From Amoebophrya sp. A120 (lineage: Eukaryota; Protista; Dinoflagellata): a DNA stretch of 64,000 nucleotides. The notes under the pieces were generated by a model. It saw nothing but the letters and a program-made list of their open reading frames with translations. It was not told the origin of the DNA and searched no databases. This document shows positions 13,301-22,516 of this stretch, in pieces. Both the position numbers and the translations under genes were made by a program. Location: positions 1,426,001-1,490,000 of the forward strand of contig CAJINV010000008.1 of the NCBI GenBank assembly GCA_905178155.1. The letters run 5' to 3'. Positions within the stretch are counted from its first letter, which is position 1. Each line of letters opens with the position of its first letter.

Positions 13301-14482
13301 ATGGCTGGACTCTTTTCCGCTGTCATCTTATGAAAGTGCCAGGTGGGAAATCGCCTCCAAAAGGCATCGATTTCGATACGACACAATTAATGTCATCACA
13401 TCGAAGAAAGTTTCACGACTTCTCAGAGTCGCAACACACACTGATTCCCGTCTATAATCCATGGTGCGTTCGTTTACAAGCACGAAATTTTTTGCATTCC
13501 CAATTTCTTTCGTGCAACAGCAAAGGTGCTTTATATTTATTCATCTTCGTCCATTTTCTTCAAGATTTCCCGACCGACGCTCCCATACATTCGCACGCCG
13601 ATCGCAGCAGTTGTTATCGTGCAGGAAATGATACCCCTCGCGGACCGCCAGGAATTGGCTCAGTGTCTGCCGGTCGTGCTCGCCTTCACCAGTGCTGTGG
13701 CGTTCCTTGTCGCCCGAAGCCTGCAGCCAGAGGACATCTGGGATCAAATTCTGGAGCAAGACGGGTGCAGCAAGGAGGAGCGCGAGCACCTTGACGTTCG
13801 CACGAATGGCTACAACGAAGCGCGACTGGGCGACCTCGAACAGCGACTCCACCAGGAAGAACATACGTTGAATCACCGCAAATTTTCCACGAGGCGGTCG
13901 ACCGTCCAATCCCACAGCCGGCAAACCGCCATGGATGTGATTCACGACCATCTTCTACACCCCCTTCCAGAACCACATCATGAGAGCGACCAGCACGCGG
14001 CTGACGCTGCGGCCAGCAGTCAAGCCGACAACATCGTGGCTCCTGGTGACGTGGAACAGGGGCCGTCCTTCGTGCAGACGGCAGGACTCGGTATCCACAG
14101 AAAAAAAACCATCCACATCCATTTTTTGCATGACAAGCACATGATTTGATACGTGTTTTGCATGACAAATTGGATGCGGATGAGTCTTTTTCTGTGGATA
14201 CTCGGAGACGTCGGAACGACCGCCCTGCACCAGAGAATGCCTCACACGTTTGGGAGAGAAAGTGAGCATCTCTACGGCGAGGAAGGTGGAGCGGTGCACT
14301 GTGTCCTGCATCGGGCGAAGCAGAAGATCCTTCGACGCTTCGGGGTGCCGATGCATCAAGCTGCACTCAAGCTGGTGCCGCGGGACGAAGGATCAGTAGT
14401 AATGCCCGTGGACGACGAGGACGTGGAGGGGGACGAGTCCGCAACAAATGGGGATGAAGCACAGGAGGGCGACGTGCAGTGA
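10318..14482 (+). CDS. CLC-family chloride channel/transporter (~915 aa spliced)
   Basis: Motifs GGGSL (cf. GSGIP), GVEAPT (cf. GREGP), AAAFNCPIGGVLYAIEE, GGIFAPTLVIGG, RTPIAAVVIVQEM. Removing five TIR elements and one GT-AG intron (12540-12731) gives a continuous 2748-nt ORF. Confidence 0.9.
10566..11119. mobile_element. TIR introner element (554 bp)
   Basis: ~55-bp TIR tatcacacagaaaaaaactggcagg...aataaatagaca; TSD tcgga; 559-nt removal joins frames. Confidence 0.93.
10818..10880. repeat. Perfect 31-bp-arm hairpin with 1-nt loop
   Basis: cagaggttgtgcgggatattcagtttttgtt-c-aacaaaaactgaatatcccgcacaacctctg. Confidence 0.95.
11334..11502. mobile_element. Degenerate TIR introner element
   Basis: Imperfect 22-bp IR; flanks caact/cattt; 174-nt removal gives GVIN|WALHQW. 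Confidence 0.7.
12252..12360. mobile_element. TIR introner element, family A (109 bp), exact reverse complement of 6294-6402
   Basis: Perfect TIR; TSD gattc; in-frame 114-nt removal. Confidence 0.97.
13329..13587. mobile_element. TIR introner element (259 bp)
   Basis: Imperfect 24-bp IR ending gggaaatc; flanks catct/cattc; removal restores FSAVI|RTP. Confidence 0.8.
14092..14200. mobile_element. TIR introner element, family A variant (109 bp)
   Basis: TIR tatccacagaaaaa..catcc; TSD ctcgg; in-frame removal. Confidence 0.95.
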
Positions 14483-15758
14483 GCATATTCTTCACCGTTC
14501 AGTCTCGTGGCTTCTGCTTCTGTCTCGTCAGGTAAAAAAATATGAGTTCTAACACGTCGACAATGCTAGAGCTAATCGTCACATGTTGATCTGTAGATGT
14601 TGTACCAGTAGTACTTCAAGGAGCGCTGTAACAACACTGACTAGTACTTCACCTTGAGTACAACCAAAATAAACAAAATGAAATTAATACTAGATGGCAC
14701 TTTCGAAATGAAATACTTGTCCTCCGAGGACTTAAATTAGAGTGCTTAAACTGCTAATCGTTCAAGCAGCTTAGGCAGTTCCTGCCAAGTTATTAAGGCA
14801 GAAAACCATCGGAGAAATTGCACGGCGGGACAACAAACTTTTAGCATGACTCTTCTGGTCTAACTGGAGCAGATTCATGGCTCAGGCTACAACTGGAGGT
14901 ACGCAGACGCACTATGTATTATGCTCTATCAGGTAGACCAGCCTAGCCCTAGGCGCAGCTAAGTAGTAAGTCAGAAAACTCTGCGTGAACGCCACCAGGA
15001 TGGATAATGTAGTACAAAAATCTAAAGCGACAAGCCAGACGCTTATGGAATCCTAGATTTAATTTTAAGCTCTCTTCATCGTAATTTCCGATTTTCGTTG
15101 TAGATGTAGTTTCAATACCTGTAGTTTCTGTTGTTTTCACTTTTCTGTTTACGTGTGTACACTGACTGTAGGATGGACAAGCACAACCCGACTGTATGAT
15201 GTAACTGTACAAATCAATGTGAATTTGGTCGCACTCGAAGACTATGACTAACTCTAACTTGTTTAACTTTAACAACTTACAATAATATTTATTGGTACTA
15301 CGACCATGATCCACCGAGTTCTGAAGATCTGTAAGATGAGGCGCGCAGCTTGGTGTACGGGACGAAGAACGAAGGGAAAAAACTGAAATATGAAGAACCT
15401 TAGGAGCTGCGAGCTGCCAGCATGCGCGTGACATCTAGTTTGATCGGAAATATTCGTTCTTGTTGTACACTGTAGACGAACTCCAAACACAAAAAAGTCA
15501 TAGATAATATCTTTGCCACTGCGGTAGGACTGTTGTCGCATTTAATATTCTCGGAGTGTTCACACACAGAAAGAAACAGTTCGACGAAAGTAGTCAGCAT
15601 TGGCACAGCGCTAAGCGCGAGTAAGTATTTTCTTTTTCGAATATCAAACGCGAGCCCCGCCCAGCACTTGAGACAAACGTAGGCGTTGCTGAATGTAAAG
15701 CTGCCCGTGACCTGCGACTTTTTGCAGGTTCTTGTGATATCTTAATCCTGAGAGGGCC

Positions 15759-18700
15759 ATGGTACTGCGAATCTACCTCGACGGCGCAAATGTGGGTCGG
15801 TCCCGCACCTTGCAAGATGTCGATCGTGCACGTAGCGAGCAAGGAGGGCCTCCTCCCCGTATCGATCCGAAGCAGCTTTGGATTGCTTGCAGCAGCGCCT
15901 TTGAATATTTCGGAGGTCAAGACAGCGGTCGAAACATGGATCGACGAGTCCGCCTAGCAACACCCCTTTCCAGGTTTACTTCCATCGTACAGAAACCGGG
16001 AAGATCCAGCCGAAAAATCGAAGTGGCCTTACGGATCGTTTTCAGCGAAAATACGTTTCGCCGTTTAGCGCAGTTACGCCGCCCAAAAGTGCATAAGTCC
16101 AAGCCAGTCAGCTTTGCTTCTGAAAGTGCAATGTGCGCTGCCAGGTGCTTCTGCGTCTGCATTATGGTTGTAATACCAAACTTGAACTCCTGATGCCTTT
16201 TTCTCGTGCGTAGTACCCGTACACGACCGGCAGCGTAGTAGAAGTAGGATCATCTACATAAACAAAGCGCACTTGCCACTCCCACTATTTTCTCTGGGGG
16301 CGTGCTCAAGAGAGTTTGCACAGGCACCATGCTATTGCTAACAACAGGAGGACCAGGACATATGACTGTTGCACGTTTGATGTTTGTCTTTCCAATATTC
16401 GGTTAACGACGACAATAAATACTGGCGAAAGCTCGTCGCCGCAGACCAGGGTCGGTTGTTTTTGAAAGCCCCAAACCGAGAGGACGACGATGAGTGGCTT
16501 CTATCTCGTGCCGAAGAAGATTGGGAGCGGGGAGACACCGTAGCCATCATCACCGCTGACAATTACGACAAGTGGAAAACGGACCACCCTCACGTAGTGC
16601 CGCGGTGCCTCATGAAGTACTGTTACGACGACCACGAGCACCGTTTCACCCTGAAACTCAGGGACGTCGACGAGCGTCTCGTATCATTGACGAACCAACG
16701 TTTTGAACGCTCGGCTTCTGATTTTGCGTGGTCGTCTTTGGCTTCAAAGATGATTATACAGACAAAAATTGTAAGTCACCGCTGGGGCACGCTGAGGACG
16801 CAATCTGTAAAGCCTGCATTGCTGTTGTTTTCCATGTGGTCAGCCGGAACCGGCATACTACTTTACTTACACTTAGTCTCGCAACAGGAAGAAAAAGAAC
16901 AGATGAGCATGATTGAAGGTCGCATCATTTATAGTGCAGTTTTCTTCGTGTTCGTTTGATACCTGGACCGCGAATTTCATGAAGATGGGCGGCGAGTGGA
17001 CGACGAGAGCAATGCGGCGCGGTCGAACAGCCGCGCGTCGGTTGGTCGACGAGTGGACCCAGACGACAGCAATGCGGCGCGGTCGAGCAGCCGCGACAAT
17101 ACCCTATATACTATACGGCAAGAAATGCGATTGACGTATGGCCCGATTTCTACTAGTAAAATCTTTACTAGTAACAAAAATCCGCAAACTCTTACTAGTA
17201 AAAAACGCTACTAGTAAATTTAACGGGACAGGCGAGCAAAAATTCTACTAGTAGAACAGGGGAGGGCTACTAGTAGAGCGCGTACTAGTAGAGCGCGTAC
17301 TAGTAGAGCGCGTACTAGTAGAGCGCGTACTAGTAGAAAACTGGGCAAAAGCCAAAGCGAGGAGCGACCCTGCGACCGCCGACGCCTCTGTGGGCGCCCG
17401 GTTGCTCTGAAACAAGCGCGCCCAGAGCGCTTCTTGTCCCGCGAAACAGGCTTGCCTTGCCCCTGGCGGAGAAACTCGCAGTGGGCAGTCCGTCGCCATG
17501 CTCTCTGGCGGTGCGAGGGGCGGCGCGCGGCGCTTTGCAAGCGGGAGGGGGGTCCGGGACGCGCGACTGCTGGCCATTGGGGGTCCGGGAGGGCGCTGCG
17601 CCTGGTGTTGCCTTCCTGTGCCTCGCGGGCCGGGGCCGGCTCCCCCGTGGTGTGGGTATTCCTGCCTTCCACGAAGGCAGGCCGCCGCTTTTCTCCAGCC
17701 CCGCTCGCTTCTCATGTGCACCGTGCGCACTCCCGTCGCGGGGGGTCGGGCCGCTGCGCATGGTTGGCCCGTCCCTTTGCGTAAGTAGGGCTTCTTACGC
17801 CGGCGCCACTTTCCCGTGGGTTTCAGCAACATGCACATAGTAGCTCACTCATCTTAAGGGGTGCTCGCAAAAGAATTGCAAACCGCCCAGAAGGCTCGCC
17901 GCCCACCCTCTGTCGAGGGGGGGGCCCGAGGGCGTGAGGCTCCATTGGTCGCCGGCGCCCAGGGGCACACGCGCTTGGACGCTTATCGCCTCCTGCCTCT
18001 TCCCGGCGACTGAGGACGCAGCCTTCCTACTGGGAAATCGGGCCCATCGTTTTCTTGTCTACTCCATACCTCTCCGGCGGTCGCGGAGCGACCGCCCGTG
18101 CTAGATACGACAAGAGCAACGCGGCGCGGTCGAACAGCCGCGCGTCGGTTGGTCGCCGCTCTTACTAAGGGGAAAAGTTCAAGAATAAGAATTTCGACAA
18201 AAAAATCATCACTAGCCCTGGTGCAATCCCAGAGCCAGGCGTCCGATTCCAGGTTTGGCGGCAGGGTGCCGGAAGTCCGAGTGGCGGTATGGTACGGCAG
18301 CAGGTCCCGTCGGTCCAGGTAGCGGAGCATCCCGTCCTCGACTCCGCAGACGAAGCTGTCTCCGATAGCATTTGTTTCTTTGAAAACCAAAAAAAAAACT
18401 GCAGGTCCTCGGCGTCTTACCTTCTCCTCCCGGAATAAAGATACTAATCTCCACACACTAAACTAGTTAAGTTTAGCATTCTACTTGAGCTAGTTTCCTC
18501 AGCATAAATAGCCTTCATTGTTCAAAAAAAATAGACGTAGGTGTTGGCTTTGGCGGTCTGTTGGCTGGTGTACATGAGAGACCCAACCACGAAGCGGCGT
18601 CTTTTCTCCCGGCACCAAGTACGCCACGATGTCCACATGTTGCACCAGGTGGTGCAACAAAACTACGTGAAGGTCTATGTGCTGCTCCCCGCCAAAAGCT

Positions 18701-21700
18701 GTCCGGATTCGAGGTCTTGGCGAACGTCGTGTGACAGGTCACGACACCGGCCTCCAACGTCCTGGATGTGGTCGGTTCGCCTGTGCTGGCATAAAAAATT
18801 GATGGCTTTGATTCTTTACGGAGGGTGATGAGTAGGTCTTATCTAGCTAGTTTAGTGTGTGGAGATTAGTACTTTATTGCGTCTGGTATCCCGTCGCGGC
18901 ACAGGTAAGACCTTCTGCAGGAGGAGCGTCATGGCAAGTCGTTTCTGAAAGCAGCTCGGTTTAATTTCCTGCGCGACCTTTGATGTCCACCTTTTCTTGT
19001 TGTGTATTTTTCAAGAATGAGATGAGCAGCATTTGCAAACAAAACAAAACACAGGTACACTGAACTTACCGCGAGGGGTCGAGTGTTGATTTTTTTGTCA
19101 GTTTTCTTATTCTTGAACTTTTCCCCTTAGTAGCTCTCAGGGTCACGACGACAGCAACGCGGCGCGGTCGAGCAGCCGCGCGTCGGTTGGTCGCCGCTCT
19201 CAGGTACCAAGTGCAAAAATGTCTGGGTCTGGGAGGATGGAACTTGTCATGCTGAATCTGAATCATGCAAGAAATCTGGGTTGCGTGATTACCAACAGCC
19301 GTCGTTTTTTACCAAGTTGAGAGGAAATTTCTCATGCAGGATAGACATGCTAGAGATCTCACAGAGTTTGTCATCCTAGGTGCTGCATTCCAGACCTCAT
19401 GAGTCATAGAAAGCCTGCATCTTCCAGACTCAACCAACCAACCAAACCTGGCAATCTTCCAGACCCAGACAGTTTTACAGTTGATATCAGGTGTATGACT
19501 GCGTCAACTTACCCAAACTCAACTTACCCAAAAACTTTATTAGCGATTTTTCATAGCTAGAAAGCATGCTGATTTGTAATGCCTAAAAGTAGTAGCTATG
19601 GTTAGCCTTAGCTAGATAGAACTTCATATAGCTAATTAAGACCGTTTTCACGCGTGTGTAGAACCCGCAACCTCCGCTACCAACGATCACGGATTCCCTT
19701 CCGCTGCCAACGATCGCGGAGGCTGAGCTGCGTTGCCACCGCGTTGCGACACCATTCACAAGCTTCATACCTTGGCTGGATTTATACACGAAGTGATAGC
19801 ATGCGACAGGTATTGAGATATTCTATCATTTATGCCATTGAATTGAAAAAAATCCGAGGCATCTTTTTTGTCTAATCACGTTGGTAGGGTGATTTTTTGT
19901 CAATCCAAAACCTAGCATCGGGGAGGGGGATCACTCATCCCCCTGGTCCATGCCTAAAAGTATACTGCTTCCCCGATGCTATGCCCCATGCAAAAGCAAT
20001 ATAATCTGATTTGATAGCATCAACTCGAAGGAGTTTTATCATGAGACACAGCATCGTTGGGGAGGGGATCCGTGATCGTTGGTAGCGGAGGTTGCGCCTT
20101 CTACACACGCCGGAAAACGTCCTTTTCGAAATAGCTATTTACCTCAACTAGTAAGTGTAGACTGAGCGGCGCCGGATAGTAGGTTCGGACTCTAAGTAGC
20201 TAATTAAAGTGGTTAGTTAAATTTTTGGGTAAGTTGAGTTTGGGTAAGTTGACGCAGGCATAAGGTGGGGCGTGTGGACCACGACGACAGCAACGCGGCG
20301 CGGTCGAACAGCCGCGCGTCGGTTGGTCGCCGCTCTCAGGGGCGTTCGGGCGCGTCGCGTCGGCAAGCACAACATCATCGTCGCGGGTCCAGTGGTCGTT
20401 CAGGAAGTCGAAGTCGCGTTGCTCGCAAGTACAGCACACGACGAGATGGTCCATCTCGTACAAGGGTGAAAAACGTATTCGCTTTCAAAATTCAAATTTT
20501 TTTGAAGCCCCCTTGCAGCATCCGGCCCGACTGTCCTCATCCGCGTCACCCGGCTCAGTGGCCCCACAAGCGGCTCCGGATTCTCCGACCTATCAATTCC
20601 TTTTTTTTGAGATGTAGTCTGATAGTGATGAATGAGAATGCGAATGAAAGTATGTAGCTTGTCGCGGTGATAGCTAGTGTAAAGTAGATAGCATTTGAGA
20701 CGTTTTGTGACAGATGTCGGCAGCAGGTAGACGTTCATCAGCGACAGGAGCCTCCCAGCAATGCCATCCGGTCTGGGCACCAGACTGGTGCCCAAAATGC
20801 CGCTCAAGGCGATACACAGCTCCGGACCAGCAGCACTCCGGGCAATGGACTATGCAAAAAAACGTCTTCAAATGCGAGCTCAAATTTACACTACCTATCA
20901 CCGCGACAAGCTAGCTAGATAATAAGACTACTCAAGTGACATCATCAACATACTCCAGCAATTCAGGTAACGAAAAAAGGTCCCGCGACTCACCTGCCCG
21001 ACGCCTTCCAGTTCAACGAGGCCACCGACGGGGTCCTATCTGGACCCACCCTCAAGGGGGGCAGAAAAAAATTTGATTTTTGAAAGCGAATACGTTTTTC
21101 ATCGCTGTATCTCGAAGCTCCTCCCGTTCGGCATCTTCATCTGGACGATCTTCGGGTGCTTACTCTCGGGCGGGCCGTCGCCGAAATGATAGAAGCAGTT
21201 CCGAGGAGGGCTCCCCCTCCGGGTCGGATTCGGAATCATCAAGAAGATCTTCACGAGGACGCTCTTCACGCGAAGGCAGCCGTCGCGAAGGCCGCGACAT
21301 CATGTCCTCCTCTCGGAGGAAGAAGAGTGACACCGAAGAAGCAGGAGCATCGGTGTCTTCAGACACGAGCCCCGCCCACGTTAGAGAACTCACGAAACAG
21401 ATGGGGCGACTCGACATACGAGATGCCGGGCAGGCGGGGGGACAAGGGCGGACCGATGCAGCTGGAAATGACAATTACAACAGGAGCCAATCCGAAGATC
21501 AGTCTTCTTTCGAGCGAGAGCAACGCGATGGACGGCCGGCCGAGAAGCCAAAAAAGGAACTATCGAGCGCCGCGCAGACGCGGTCTCCCGCTGTTTTTCG
21601 ACGTTTCCAACGTGTCGATCAGGGGGCACGACGAAGCAGCTATGCAAAGAATGACGCTGGTGATCAAAAAAGTTCCACGAGCCCCGGTGATCTTCTGCAC

Positions 21701-21853
21701 GAAGACCACGAGGACGCAGGAGGTCCTCCAGGCTCCAAAAATACTCTCCCTGCTCAAAAAGTTGACAAGGCAGGTTTGGCGCGCGGGCTTTTCCCGAAAG
21801 CGCCACCGTCGGCGTACAATAGTCGAGACCGCGACTTCAGGCAGCGGACCTAA
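15759..21853 (+). CDS. NYN/PIN-domain (Zc3h12a/Regnase-like) ribonuclease with Arg/Ser-rich repeat tail, ~562 aa, split by seven TIR elements
   Basis: IYLDGANVG (cf. VIDGSNVA), EDDDEWLLSRA, IITADNYDKW, LMKY motifs. Removing 415+285+1014+975+287+774+656 nt gives a 1689-nt open frame ending at TAA 21853. Confidence 0.8.
15988..16397. mobile_element. Degenerate TIR introner element
   Basis: TAC...ATA ends, weak IR, flanks catcg/ttcgg; element+5 gives FTSI|VNDD; no AG acceptor lies between the in-frame stop at 16378 and the exon start. Confidence 0.5.
16682..16961. mobile_element. Degenerate TIR introner element
   Basis: IR tatca..acgaac; flanks tctcg/cctgg; 285-nt removal deletes a stop codon (ERL|DREFHED). 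Confidence 0.7.
17099..18107. mobile_element. ~1-kb insertion with TACTAGTA array and GC-rich body
   Basis: Flanked by direct repeat cgaca(a); ends in ATA; removal of 1014 nt keeps frame; TIR weak. Confidence 0.65.
17151..17337. repeat. Ten copies of palindrome TACTAGTA, including a 15-bp tandem (tactagtagagcgcg)x4+
   Basis: Copies at 17151, 17166, 17193, 17209, 17246, 17268, 17283, 17298, 17313, 17328. Confidence 0.95.
18163..19132. mobile_element. Large TIR element (970 bp) with nested internal IR
   Basis: ~50-bp TIR tactaaggggaaaagttcaagaataagaa; TSD gctct; inner IR ~18434-18469 / 18844-18878. Confidence 0.95.
19205..19486. mobile_element. TIR introner element, family C (282 bp)
   Basis: TIR ..aaaaatgtctgggtctgg..; TSD tcagg. 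Confidence 0.93.
19494..20262. mobile_element. Large TIR element (769 bp) with nested internal IRs
   Basis: ~45-bp TIR tatgactgcgtcaacttacccaaactcaacttacccaaaaa; TSD aggtg; inner ~50-bp IR ~19643-19694 / 20068-20119. Confidence 0.95.
20459..21109. mobile_element. Large TIR element (651 bp) with nested internal IRs
   Basis: ~45-bp TIR tacaagggtgaaaaacgtattcgctttcaaaa; TSD tctcg; inner IR 20655-20683 / 20885-20913; 656-nt removal joins ORF 20265 to ORF 21080. Confidence 0.95.
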
Positions 21854-22516
21854 ACCAGCAAAAACACTTATTTTGTACGGAAGCAAGTTGAATGTTGCAA
21901 TGTTGGTAAAGCTGAAATTTGACTGAACATCACGTGGCGCAGAGTCATTTTTCTCACGGAATAGCATTCGTATCTGTTCCTACCCTCCAGAAGGAGAGCT
22001 GCAACGTCACTGTCGCAGCGGGACCATTATAATAATCTCGTCATCGTGCTGCTGACATAATTTCCATTTACGTTTTAACCGCTTGTAGTCACTCGAACTA
22101 CTGGTGCAGGAGAGGAAGTAAGGAGGAGCTCATTCAATGATCCAGTTGAAGAAAACGCACTTCGACGAGGCAACGTTGAGCGACACTTGAACGCTGTCTA
22201 GCAGCAGGAGCAGGAGGGAAAGACCATTAATGAGCTGAAGGTAGCCAGCGACTGATGAAGTCTTGAGCGCACCCGCGTACCACGCTAGTAATCAGGTTTG
22301 CCTCTTGAGCTTTTTGATAAATTGAAACTGACTCTTGATTGAGTGACCCGCTGGTGCTACATTGATTTCCCATAGATACGACCTAGGTGGCACTTTACTC
22401 AGTTTAGTTGCCCGCTCTTACCCGCCGCGGGGGGACACAAGAATGTTGCTTTGCTGGGTTTATTGCAAATCTGCCTCCTGAGTAGATTCCTTTTCGACCT
22501 CATCCCATACCGCACT

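Larger units (their letters stand above)
17002..20340 (+). repeat. Five dispersed copies of a ~54-bp coding repeat (DDSNAARSNSRASVGRR)
   Basis: gacgacagcaacgcggcgcggtcgaacagccgcgcgtcggttggtcg at ~17002, 17062 (partial), 18109, 19147, 20283; tandem once the intervening elements are removed. Confidence 0.95.

Noticed and set aside
17220-17840. Overlapping ORFs with LLVRA/STSTR repeats as real proteins
   Set aside because: By-products of the 15-bp tandem and high GC inside an inserted element.
17002-20340. CRISPR-like array (conserved repeat with unique spacers)
   Set aside because: The spacers are ~1-kb stretches made of TIR elements with TSDs, the repeats are in-frame coding units, and the context is eukaryotic with no cas genes.
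17099-21109. Autonomous transposase within the large elements
   Set aside because: Internal ORFs are under ~200 aa with no recognisable DDE or tyrosine-recombinase motifs.
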